Shown one piece after another: positions 1 to 10,208 of a DNA stretch of 64,000 bases. The stretch's first letter is position 1. Each line of letters starts with the position of its first letter. Both the position numbers and the translations under genes were made by a program. Source of the stretch: Neocallimastix sp. 'constans' (taxonomy: Eukaryota); assembly GCA_050613775.1 (NCBI GenBank), contig JBODTK010000154.1, positions 310,001-374,000 of the forward strand, read 5' to 3'. The notes below the pieces were generated by a model that saw nothing but the letters and a program-made list of their open reading frames with translations, was not told where the DNA came from and made no database searches.

Positions 1-597
1 AATCGTGGTATAAATTTATATTATTTTATTAAATATTATGTAACTATTTATTATAAACATATTAAATTTAATAGATTCAAAACTTTCAATATAATAATAT
101 TTATAATTTTGTTTCATTTTTTTTTTTTTATGTTTCGCTCTACTACTATATTTTAAATAAAAACTATTTACATTTGAAAAGTATTATTCTGTTAATATAA
201 TTATAATATATAAAGTTAAAATTTTAATTTAAATTAGATTAATTTTTATTAATTAATTTGGTCAATTTCTTAGTAATAAATTGGATAAAAAGTAATTCTA
301 TTAATTATTAAATTTAAATATTTAAAAACAAGCCGTTTTTTTTTTATTTTTTTATCTTTTTTTTTTTAATTTTTAAGTAATAAAAATTTTATATCCCATT
401 AATCTATATAGTAAAATGTATGAAATATTATGTTATAAATTTCACTTTTATAAATATTTTTATTTTTTTATGTAATGTTATTTCACATTAAAATAAAAAA
501 TAAAAGGTTAAAAAAAAATTCATTTATATTTATTTATTATTAAATTTTAAAGTTTGTTATAGTTAAAAATTAAAATTAAAATCAATTTCATTGTTAT
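1..597 (-). repeat. Inverted copy of the xylanase upstream region (partner 13902-14502), running off the window edge
   Basis: Position 1 aatcgtggtataaatttatattattttattaaatattatgta is the exact reverse complement of 14461-14502; near-identity continues to ttcattgttat (~597) / ataacaatgaa (~13902). Confidence 0.92.
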
Positions 598-699
598 TTA
601 ATTATATATAAAATATATAAAATAAGAATATGTATAAAAGATAAAAAAAAAAAAAATTATATAAAATTTTTTTATTGTTGAAAGATTTTTAAATAAATA

Positions 700-1165
700 A
701 AAAAAAAAAAAAAAAAAAAAAAACATAGACTTGCACATATGGGTACCCATCTCCCATATGGCCATACAGTTATTAATTAACTGTAAGGTGATGAGTTATT
801 GGCATACTGTATCAGCTTCGCCGCTCTCAATCGTCGTTACACACTGCCCGGAGATGCATTCCTAACGTTCCTACATATATCTCTAATGACCACGAGCATC
901 AGAACGGAACCATTAACTCCTCCCTAGTGGGTGTAATCATTGGCGATTGGAAATTTTACAATCATCAAGGTCTATGCTTCAATTCAAAGCGTAGTATCAG
1001 GGATGGGTGAAATAATCATTTGAGGGAAAGCCTTACGGACATCACGTGTGGTCTCATGATATCCCAGGATAGAAACCTCATCCGATTATTTGGTGCCATG
1101 CCGAGGATTCGAACCCCGCCCTCTACAGTGACCTGTATCGTCCTAACCGACTGGACCAACATGGC
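700..1165 (-). mobile_element. tRNA-derived SINE with structured body and poly(T) 3' tail
   Basis: GC-rich island. Minus strand starts with a tRNA cloverleaf (A and B boxes) and ends gtctatg(T)n. Direct repeat atttttaaataaat at 685-698 and 1166-1179 is a candidate TSD. Confidence 0.75.
1091..1165 (-). ncRNA. tRNA-like head (probably tRNA-Asp derived), shortened anticodon loop, encoded CCA; Pol III internal promoter
   Basis: GCCATGT-TG-GTCC..GGAC-..TACAG GTCA CTGTA..CGGGG TTCGAAT CCTCG-GCATGGC-A-CCA: 7-bp acceptor, D and T stems, A box TGGTCCAGTCGG, B box GGTTCGAATCC. Confidence 0.8.
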
Positions 1166-1179
1166 ATTTTTAAATAAAT

Positions 1180-1677
1180 TGATAAGAATGTACTAAATAA
1201 TGCATTCTTAATTAAATCTACGATTTATTTCTAATACATTATGTGTACATTATTATTTTTGTACTTTAATAAATTTTTAAATCCAAAGATCAAAAATTAA
1301 ATCAAATATTATATTAAACTTTATATTTTTATATTAAATCTTATATTAAAAGTAATATTTTTATATATTTAAAACTTATATTAGCAATATTAATAATAAA
1401 TCTTATTTTTTTTTTATATTAATAATGAAAATTTATATTAATAATATTTTTATATATTGATAATTAAAAATTTATATATTATATTTTAACTTTTTATTAT
1501 AAAATTTTATATCGAAATGTTTTATTTTATATTGAAAAATATTTTATTTTATTAAAAACCTTTATATTAGAATAGTATTTTTATTTTTATTTGAATATTT
1601 TAACAGATTGTAATAAAAATTATAGCCAATTAAATAAATTCTTATTAGTAATATTTTAGATATTTTTAAATAAATAA

Positions 1678-1730
<53 letters not shown>

Positions 1731-2032
1731 TTTTATTAATATTATAAATGTATTTTATTTATATTGTTATAATTAAATTTTATATAATTAATTATAAAAA
1801 TCAATTTAAATTTAATAGTTTTTATAAAAAAAAAAAAAAAAAATAAATAAAATGTAATTTAGTGGCAAGAACAACTTTTATGCCTTGAAAAAAGTATAAA
1901 TAGTTGTAAATTTTGCTACTAATTTTTAAATATCATCAAATAAATTTAATAAAATAAATAAATAAAATAAATAAATAAATAAAATTTGTGTTTCCTTACT
2001 TTATTTTTATTTAATTCTCTAAAACCTTAACA
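1180..2032 (+). repeat. 5' LTR of gypsy 1
   Basis: tgataagaatg...aaccttaaca, repeated at 8495 and 9351. Confidence 0.95.
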
Positions 2033-2038
2033 TTTATA

Positions 2039-2056
2039 TGGTGGAGATATCGGGGA
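2039..2056 (+). promoter_or_regulatory. Primer-binding site, tRNA-Ala type
   Basis: TGGTGGAGATATCGGGGA, complementary to a ...TCTCCACCA tRNA 3' end; 6 nt after the LTR. Confidence 0.8.
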
Positions 2057-2249
2057 ATTAAATAGAAATAATAGTAAATAACATAGATTTTTTTTAATTT
2101 TTTTTATTTTATATTGATAAACAAGTAAGTCGTTAATCCTTTGATTAACCTATGGCGCTTGTTTGATATATATATATAAAAAAAAAAAAATTTTTTTTAA
2201 ATAAGTAAAATTAAGATTCTAAAAAAACAAATTTTGTAAAATTATAACA

Positions 2250-2478
2250 AGGAGCGGATAGAGCTCATACACAGTGTATTCTCAGATAGCAACAAATTAA
2301 CTCTATTCATAGTAGGTTATTGAATAGTAGTTAATTTGGAGATTAATTGGAAAGTAGACGAAGGTATTTGGTTACCGACCCGGTAATAATAGTTCAGCCT
2401 TCAACGTTTCAACACACGAAGGTGCGGGTACTTTCCAAGCACTGGCGAATAAGGAGCTTACGTCACCGAAGGCGTAAG
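2250..2478 (+). ncRNA. Conserved structured leader RNA (copy 1; homolog at 37499-37730 minus)
   Basis: Shared motifs and four covarying helices with the chromovirus leader. Confidence 0.8.
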
Positions 2479-2728
2479 ATTGTTTTTTTTATATATATTT
2501 TTTTTTACTTTTCTTTGTGCTAGTTATAAGGCACTTTATTATATAAAGTATCAGACTTTGGCTAACTTCGCCATTTAAATTTTTTTTTATTTTTTTTTAT
2601 TACTGATACTTTATTTGTTTAATAATTCCTGTAAAAGAATCTTAATTTACTTTGAAAATATTGTGTTTTTAGTTAATTTTTATTAGTTAATAAAAATATT
2701 ATTGAATACTTTTAAAATTTTTTTTATT

Positions 2729-2890
2729 CCGTACATAGATTATCGGATTAAGTTTATCCTACATAGTAATTGGGCTAGTGGGCTCTGAACTGCTATATTT
2801 TATATTGAATATAGTAATCGTGGCACACGCGTGGCATGACACCATTAGGTAAGCTGCACGTCAGACAGTGTGTACTATCAGATTGTACGA
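2729..2890 (+). other. Second GC-rich, probably multi-helix island in the gypsy 1 leader
   Basis: Nested complementary pairs cgtaca/tgtacg, atagta/tactat, tctga/tcaga, tgctatatt/aatatagta. Confidence 0.5.
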
Positions 2891-3060
2891 CAATAAAGAT
2901 TATTTTTTTTTGTATTTAATAATTATAATTAATTAATAATTCTATTAGCTATAACAATACAATATTTATCGTTTAAAAAGAAAAATTTTTGAAAGGTGAA
3001 AATAACAAATAAAACTTTGCTTCTAAATTTATTACTACAAATATACTAAATTACAAAATT

Positions 3061-3410
3061 CAAGTGGTCGATAAAGATTTCGAACTTAAAATTATTCCAT
3101 TAAGTTGTCGATAAAGATTTCGAACTTAAAATTATTCCATTAAGTTGTCGATAAAGATTTCGAACTTAAAATTATTCTATTAAGTTGTCGATAAAGATTT
3201 CGAACTTAAAATTATTCTATTAAGTTGTCGATAAAGATTTCGAACTTAAAATTATTCTATTAAGTTGTCGATAAAGACTTCGAACTTAAAATTATTCTAT
3301 TAAGTTGTCGATAAAGATTTCGAACTTAAAATTATTCTTAATAAAGTAGTCGAAAAGAACCTCGTGCTTTATAATTTCTACTAAGTTGTCGATAAGGATT
3401 TCGAGCTTAT
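3061..3410 (+). repeat. 40-bp tandem repeat: 7 near-perfect plus ~2 degenerate units
   Basis: Unit taagttgtcgataaagatttcgaacttaaaattattcYat at 3061, 3101, ... 3301. Confidence 0.95.
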
Positions 3411-3566
3411 ATCTACTAAAGAAAGCAAATAAAATTATTATTTTCAAAAGTTACTAAAATATATTGTTTTAAAAATTGATTCGATATTAAATTACCTATT
3501 AAATTACATTTTGAAAGTTGGATTTCCCAAATTTATTTGTATTTAATCACCTCATATTTAGACAAA

Positions 3567-4478
3567 ATGTCCAAAGAAACAACTTTGAGCTTTAAAGAAT
3601 TGAAAAAAGAATTGAGAGATATTGTGAAACTTAGCAAGGACAATTTAGATATTAAGTCCTGGGCTACTGAATTGAAACTTTGGATCAAGATACAAGGTAT
3701 CACAGATCCAGAAACAATATTTAATGCTTGTTTACTTACCAGCTCTGGTGAAGTACAACGCGTTATTGAAGATTTGGGAGAAGATAGTGATGATGAAAGT
3801 GATGATTCATCAGATGAAGAAGAAGAACATGATGAAGAAGAAAATGTTGATGATGATATTAAATTTCCTTCTCTTGGAAAAATTATTTCAAGTCTTGAAA
3901 ATTTTTACGGTATTAAAGAAGACCAAAATTTACTTCTTAAAGAACTTCGTGCAATGCGAATTAAAAGAAACGAAAAGATTAAGGACTTTAATGTAAGATA
4001 TAGAACTTTGTACACTAAACTTGATAAAAAGAGAAGAAAGCGCATCGGTGTACTAGATTATATTGATTCTATTCAAAATAATTATGAAGCCTGGAAGAAA
4101 TTATCCCTTAAAGATGATATAAGTATGGAGAAAGCTTTCAAAATTGCCGAGAAAGTAGATAGACTTTCTGTAAGGAACAATAATATTAATACCTATAATG
4201 TTAATAATTCCCAGCATAATCAAAATAATCAAAACAGTACTACTTCAAGACTTTATCCTAAAAGAAGAAACGAAACTTTCCAAACAAGTCAAACAAATAA
4301 TAAACTGAAACCTCAAGATATTATAGAAGAATCAACCCAGAAAATGAGAAATTTATCTGTTAAAACTTGCTTCTTCTGTAAGGAAGAAGGTCATTACTCA
4401 TACTATTGCCCTCAATTAAATAAGATTATGGAAAAAAATAAAAAAGAAATATATTCCAAAAAGTCTTTAAACTTCTAA
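3567..4478 (+). CDS. gag: Gag with CCHC zinc knuckle
   Basis: First ATG at 3567; CFFCKEEGHYSYYC motif; lies upstream of pol. Confidence 0.9.
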   Translation: MSKETTLSFKELKKELRDIVKLSKDNLDIKSWATELKLWIKIQGITDPETIFNACLLTSSGEVQRVIEDLGEDSDDESDDSSDEEEEHDEEENVDDDIKFPSLGKIISSLENFYGIKEDQNLLLKELRAMRIKRNEKIKDFNVRYRTLYTKLDKKRRKRIGVLDYIDSIQNNYEAWKKLSLKDDISMEKAFKIAEKVDRLSVRNNNINTYNVNNSQHNQNNQNSTTSRLYPKRRNETFQTSQTNNKLKPQDIIEESTQKMRNLSVKTCFFCKEEGHYSYYCPQLNKIMEKNKKEIYSKKSLNF

Positions 4479-4518
4479 ATGGGAGCAGAAGCACTCCCAA
4501 TGACAAAACAATAGCTTC
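4466..4518 (+). promoter_or_regulatory. -1 programmed ribosomal frameshift signal
   Basis: T TTA AAC in gag phase, 7-nt spacer, stem tgggag/ctccca, loop gaagc complementary to downstream gcttc. Confidence 0.85.
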
Positions 4519-7500
4519 ATTAAATAATTTACAAAATAATACTTTTACTAAGAATACTCCAATTGATAATAATTCCTTTAATGAAGAATCTGAAGAATCT
4601 GATTTTAGTGACACAACTGAAAGTGAGGATGATATCATTATAAATGCTATAAAAAGAAAAATGAATGATAATAACAGCGAAAAAGAAGAAAATAATTCCA
4701 AGAAAGTACATAAAAGTTTAAAAGATAATCCACGTCCTTTCGCAACTCCTGCTTTAAGAAAGAAGAAAGAAAATGAGCTACATAATAAACCAAATAAAGT
4801 TTATAAAAATCAAATACTTCCTTCAATTTTAACTCAACCAAATATTAACAAAGAAAAACAAAAAGAAAAGGAATTAAGAAAAATAACAAGAGTAAGAGAA
4901 AGTAAAGAAGAAAACAACAATTATTCATCAAAAGGAAAGGAAAAAGTTGAATCTGAAGATATACTCGTAATCGATAATGAAATAGAAGATCTAGAAATGA
5001 ATAAAGATAATCAACAAAATAAAACTAATACTTTGGAAAAATTAATTTCAACAAAAACTAAAGAAACTAATAATGGAAATACTCAGTTAGTAAAAAGGAA
5101 TATTAAAATGATGAATAATAAAGAACCTTACAATATTATGGATGATTTAAATAATCTTAAATCCAGTATTACGATAGGTCAACTCTTGAATGCATGTCCG
5201 AAAATTCGTTCACAATTAACTCAAGGTTTAAAGTTAGAAAAGTCTAAAATAATTGGGACTGTAGACAATGTAATAGCACGAACTTTATTAGTAAATAACT
5301 ATGATCATAGCTACATAAGTAAAAGTAATGAAGTAGCCGAAGAAGACTTAGCAATGGTTGATGCAAGTGTTGACGGAGTACTAGGAAAACTTTTAATTGA
5401 TTCTTGTAGTAACCTAAGCATCGTTACTAAGCAGTATTTTGATAAATTACCTGGTGAATATGAAACAGTTGGAAAAAGTCGTGGAAGAATCCAACTAGCA
5501 ACACAAGATGAAGAATACTCGGAAGGAATTATTGTTCGATTACCAGTAAAAATTAATAATTATGAATTTAATGCGGACTTTAGAATTATTGAGAAAGAAG
5601 ACTCTTTTTATGATATGTTAATAAACTTTAAAACTCAAATCGATCATTGTTTATTTATTCATCCGACCTTAAACAGTTTATGTAAACTTTTGTCAGAAAG
5701 TGAATACGAAGAAATAGCTAAAATAAATAATCAATATTATGATGAAGAAAGTATAATTTGCACTATTAGAAAAGTTAAAGAAACGAATAATGAAAAGGAA
5801 ATTATAAAGGAATTAACTCCAATGGAATTTATTGAGAGTGATGAATTTTTAAGTACCTTAAATAAAGATTATAAAGAACAAATTATTAAAATTCTCAAAG
5901 AAATGATTGACATAGTTGCCACTTCAACAGAAGAACTAACTCCTTCTAAACTTTCACCACATAAGATCCGTTTAAAAGCAAATGCAAAGCCAGTAAAATT
6001 AAGAAGTTATAGGTTAACTAAATTAAAATCAGATATCTTAAAAGAAGAACTTACAAAACTTATTAAGAAAGGATTGATAGAACCATCCTGTTCAGAATGG
6101 TCATCTCCAGTAGTACTTATTCTAAAACACAATGGAAAGTGGCGCTTGTGCATTGACTACCGAAAAGTCAATGATATGACAGAAAAAGATTCTTATTCAG
6201 TTCCATATATAGATGAAATTTTTGATAGTCTCGGAGGAGCTAAAATATTTACAACTCTTGATTTATTTTCTGGTTTTCACCAAATCTTAATGGATGAAGA
6301 AAGCGTTGAAGTAACCACTTTCACTACTAAGTTTGGAAATTATCAATTTAAGGTTATGCCTTTTGGACTTACTGGAGCTCCCTCAACCTTCCAAAGAGAA
6401 ATGAATAAAATTTTATTCCCTTTTATTGGTGAATTTGTTTACGTATTTATTGATGATGTTTTGATCTATTCAAAAAGTATCGAAGAACATTTAATTCATA
6501 TTAAACAAGTATTAGAAGTATTTAAAGAAAACAAATTAAAAATTAATATTGAAAAGTGCCATTTTCTTCAAACTGAAGTTGATGTATTAGGTCACAAACT
6601 TACTACTAAAGGATTAAGTCCCATGGAAAGTAAAATAACAGCTATTAAGAAGTGGGAAGCCCCTTCATCAATTCATGAATTAAGATCATTTCTAGGAGCA
6701 ATAGGGTATTATCGTGACTTTATCCCTAAATATGCTCAAATTACCTCACCTTTATGTAAATTATTGAAAAAGAATACTAAATATGAATGGAATAAAGAAC
6801 AACAAGAAAGCTTTGAACTCCTAAAAGAAAAATTAATCAATGCGCCTATTCTAAAATTTCCGTCATTTGACAAACCTTTTATCATTAGAACTGATGCTTC
6901 GTATAATGGAATTGGTGGAGTTCTTTTACAAAAAGAAGAAGAAACCGGTAAGGAGCATCCAATACACTTTATAAGTAGAAGTTTAAAGAAAGCTGAAAAG
7001 AATTATGGTATTACCGATTTGGAAGGAACCGCTTTGTTTTACTGTATGACTAAATTTAAATCTTATATTGAAGGAAATCCACTACCTACAACTATTTACA
7101 CAGATCATAAACCATTAGTTGGTTTATTTAAGAATAAAGAACCTTTGAATGCAAGGCAAACAAGATGGTGTCTAACCGCTAGTATGCTTGGAATTAATAT
7201 AAAATATGAATCAGGCAAAAAGAATGTGTTAGCTGATGCTCTTTCAAGAATGAAAAGTAAGGAAGAGAGAAAGATATTATTAACAAAAATTACTAATGGA
7301 AATAATGAAGAATTATTATCTAAAGTTATAAAGGAATTTATTAATGAAAAGTTTACTGTTATTGATGGTGAAGATTACTTTATCGACAATGGAAATTATA
7401 GAAAATTAATAACGGACGAAAATGAAAGGTTTAAATTAATTTTAGAAGCTCATAATATTGGCCACGAAGGATATTACAAAACATATCAAAGACTTAAGAA

Positions 7501-8476
7501 AAACTTTTATTGGAATCATATGATTAAAGATATCAAAAGAATTGTTAGTAATTGTGAAAAATGCCAGTTAAATCGTCCTCAACCATATCCAGAACCAACC
7601 GAAAACCATCCAACTAAAGTGGAGGGTCCCTTTGTGCATTTAGGATTAGATATTATAGGACCGTTACCAAAAACAAGAAATAATAATCAATATATTATAG
7701 TAACTGTTGATTACTTTACCAAATGGGTTGAAGCCGAACCCACTGAAAACATAACTTCCTCTGATATAATTAAATTTTTAATAAACGTTTTTGCAAGACA
7801 TGGTGTCCCTCAAGTTATTACTACTGATAATGGAGTCCAATTCACTTCTGATATGACTAAAATCTTTCTTGATCTTTATGATGTATATGTTAAATTTGTA
7901 GCTACTTACCACCCTGAATCAAATGGCCTTACTGAAAATCGAAATAAAGAAATTGGAAAATTACTTCGTTTATTAGGAAGGAAAAATCAAGATTGGGATG
8001 AAGTTTTACCTTCTGCTTTATGGGCACTTCGAACTACCAAAAATACAGCTACTGGACATTCTAGTTTTGAATTAGTATATGGAAGAGAAGACCAACAGCC
8101 TTATGATATAGCCATAAGAACAATTGAAAATGCAGGTAAATCATATGATGAAATTTTAATGGAAAAATTTGTTCGTCATTATCAATGGACTAGAGAAGCA
8201 TGCGAAAATGTGAAGAATGCTAACAAGTATTGGGCAACAAGACGAGAAGAACAAATAAGTATGAAAAAGGGAAAAGAATTAAAGGCTGGTGATCTTGTTC
8301 TTGTTAGAAACTTTAGCCGCACTAAGCTAGAACCATATTACAATGGACCATTTAAAATTTTAAAAATTCAATTCAACACGGCAACCCTAATCGATCAGAA
8401 GACTGGAAAGCAACTCGATAGGAATGTTCACTTTAAAAATTTAGTAAAGTTTAACTCCGCTTACAGAGAAGCTTGA
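4466..8476 (+). CDS. pol: Pol (protease, RT, RNase H, integrase), entered by -1 frameshift
   Basis: Frame open from the slip site through the ATG at 4661; LIDSCS protease-like motif, LCIDYR and FIDD RT, TDAS RNase H, HHCC + DDE integrase, GPF motif. Confidence 0.95.
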   Translation, partial: FKLLNGSRSTPNDKTIASLNNLQNNTFTKNTPIDNNSFNEESEESDFSDTTESEDDIIINAIKRKMNDNNSEKEENNSKKVHKSLKDNPRPFATPALRKKKENELHNKPNKVYKNQILPSILTQPNINKEKQKEKELRKITRVRESKEENNNYSSKGKEKVESEDILVIDNEIEDLEMNKDNQQNKTNTLEKLISTKTKETNNGNTQLVKRNIKMMNNKEPYNIMDDLNNLKSSITIGQLLNACPKIRSQLTQGLKLEKSKIIGTVDNVIARTLLVNNYDHSYISKSNEVAEEDLAMVDASVDGVLGKLLIDSCSNLSIVTKQYFDKLPGEYETVGKSRGRIQLATQDEEYSEGIIVRLPVKINNYEFNADFRIIEKEDSFYDMLINFKTQIDHCLFIHPTLNSLCKLLSESEYEEIAKINNQYYDEESIICTIRKVKETNNEKEIIKELTPMEFIESDEFLSTLNKDYKEQIIKILKEMIDIVATSTEELTPSKLSPHKIRLKANAKPVKLRSYRLTKLKSDILKEELTKLIKKGLIEPSCSEWSSPVVLILKHNGKWRLCIDYRKVNDMTEKDSYSVPYIDEIFDSLGGAKIFTTLDLFSGFHQILMDEESVEVTTFTTKFGNYQFKVMPFGLTGAPSTFQREMNKILFPFIGEFVYVFIDDVLIYSKSIEEHLIHIKQVLEVFKENKLKINIEKCHFLQTEVDVLGHKLTTKGLSPMESKITAIKKWEAPSSIHELRSFLGAIGYYRDFIPKYAQITSPLCKLLKKNTKYEWNKEQQESFELLKEKLINAPILKFPSFDKPFIIRTDASYNGIGGVLLQKEEETGKEHPIHFISRSLKKAEKNYGITDLEGTALFYCMTKFKSYIEGNPLPTTIYTDHKPLVGLFKNKEPLNARQTRWCLTASMLGINIKYESGKKNVLADALSRMKSKEERKILLTKITNGNNEELLSKVIKEFINEKFTVIDGEDYFIDNGNYRKLITDENERFKLILEAHNIGHEGYYKTYQRLKKNFYWNHMIKDIKRIVSNCEKCQLNRPQPYPEPTENHPTKVEGPFVHLGLDIIGPLPKTRNNNQYIIVTVDYFTKWVEAEPTENITSSDIIKFLINVFARHGVPQVITTDNGVQFTSDMTKIFLDLYDVYVKFVATYHPESNGLTENRNKEIGKLLRLLGRKNQDWDEVLPSALWALRTTKNTATGHSSFELVYGREDQQPYDIAIRTIENAGKSYDEILMEKFVRHYQWTREACENVKNANKYWATRREEQISMKKGKELKAGDLVLVRNFSRTKLEPYYNGPFKILKIQFNTATLIDQKTGKQLDRNVHFKNLVKFNSAYREA

Positions 8477-8494
8477 GTCTTCGTCGGGGCATCT

Positions 8495-8992
8495 TGATAA
8501 GAATGTACTAAATAATGCATTCTTAATTAAATCTACGATTTATTTCTAATACATTATGTGTACATTATTATTTTTGTACTTTAATAAATTTTTAAATCCA
8601 AAGATCAAAAATTAAATCAAATATTATATTAAACTTTATATTTTTATATTAAATCTTATATTAAAAGTAATATTTTTATATATTTAAAACTTATATTAGC
8701 AATATTAATAATAAATCTTATTTTTTTTTTATATTAATAATGAAAATTTATATTAATAATATTTTTATATATTGATAATTAAAAATTTATATATTATATT
8801 TTAACTTTTTATTATAAAATTTTATATCGAAATGTTTTATTTTATATTGAAAAATATTTTATTTTATTAAAAACCTTTATATTAGAATAGTATTTTTATT
8901 TTTATTTGAATATTTTAACAGATTGTAATAAAAATTATAGCCAATTAAATAAATTCTTATTAGTAATATTTTAGATATTTTTAAATAAATAA

Positions 8993-9044
<52 letters not shown>

Positions 9045-9346
9045 TTTTATTAATATTATAAATGTATTTTATTTATATTGTTATAATTAAATTTTATATA
9101 ATTAATTATAAAAATCAATTTAAATTTAATAGTTTTTATAAAAAAAAAAAAAAAAAATAAATAAAATGTAATTTAGTGGCAAGAACAACTTTTATGCCTT
9201 GAAAAAAGTATAAATAGTTGTAAATTTTGCTACTAATTTTTAAATATCATCAAATAAATTTAATAAAATAAATAAATAAAATAAATAAATAAATAAAATT
9301 TGTGTTTCCTTACTTTATTTTTATTTAATTCTCTAAAACCTTAACA
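8495..9346 (+). repeat. 3' LTR of gypsy 1
   Basis: Matches the 5' LTR except simple-repeat lengths. Confidence 0.95.
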
Positions 9347-9350
9347 AAAT

Positions 9351-9837
9351 TGATAAGAATGTACTAAATAATGCATTCTTAATTAAATCTACGATTTATT
9401 TCTAATACATTATGTGTACATTATTATTTTTGTACTTTAATAAATTTTTAAATTCAAAGATTAAAAATTAGATCAAAAATTATATTAAACTTTATAATTT
9501 TTATATTAAATCTTATATTAATAGTAATATTTTTATATATTTAAAACTTATATTAACAATATTAATAATAAATCTTATTTTTTTATTTTTATATTAATAA
9601 TGAAAATTTGTATTAATAATATTTTTATATATTGATAATTAAAAATTTATATATTATATTTTAACTTTTATTATAAAATTTTATATCGAAATGTTTTATT
9701 TTATATTGAAAAATATTTTATTTTATTAAAAACCTTTATATTAGAATAGTATTTTTATTTTTATTTGAATATTTTAACAGATTGTAATAAAAATTTTAGC
9801 CAATTAAATAAATTCTTATTAGTAATATTTTAGATAG

Positions 9838-9886
<49 letters not shown>

Positions 9887-10208
9887 TATTAATATTATAA
9901 ATGTATTTTATTTATATTGTTATAATTAAATTTTATATAATTGATTATAAAAATCAATTTAAATTTAATAGTTTCATATATAAAAAGAAAAATAATAATA
10001 AAATGTAATTTAGTGGCAAGAACAACTTTTATGCCTTGAAAAAAAAGTATAAATAGTTGTAAATTTTGCTACTAATTTTTAAATATCATCAAATAAAATA
10101 AAATAAAATAAAATAAAATAAAATAAATTTATAAATAAAAATAATAAATAAAAAAATAAAATTTGTGTTTCTTACTTTATTTTTATTTAATTCTCTAAAA
10201 CCTTAACA
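9351..10208 (+). mobile_element. Solo LTR of the same family, slightly diverged
   Basis: TG..CA, flanked by aaat (9347-9350, 10209-10212), scattered substitutions relative to the other two LTRs. Confidence 0.93.

Larger units (their letters stand above)
1180..9346 (+). mobile_element. Full-length Ty3/gypsy LTR retrotransposon (no chromodomain), 4-bp TSD AAAT
   Basis: Near-identical TG..CA LTRs, PBS, gag and PR-RT-RH-IN pol; aaat at 1176-1179 and 9347-9350. Confidence 0.97.

Noticed and set aside
1091..1165. Functional tRNA-Asp gene
   Set aside because: Anticodon loop is only 4 nt and the unit is fused to a long body with a candidate TSD.
2439..2456. HDV-like ribozyme (CTGGCGAAT resembles J4/2)
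   Set aside because: Could not find P1, P1.1, P2 and P3/L3 in the required order in either copy.
3061..3410. CRISPR-like array
   Set aside because: Units abut with no unique spacers, there are no cas genes, and it lies in a eukaryotic retrotransposon leader.
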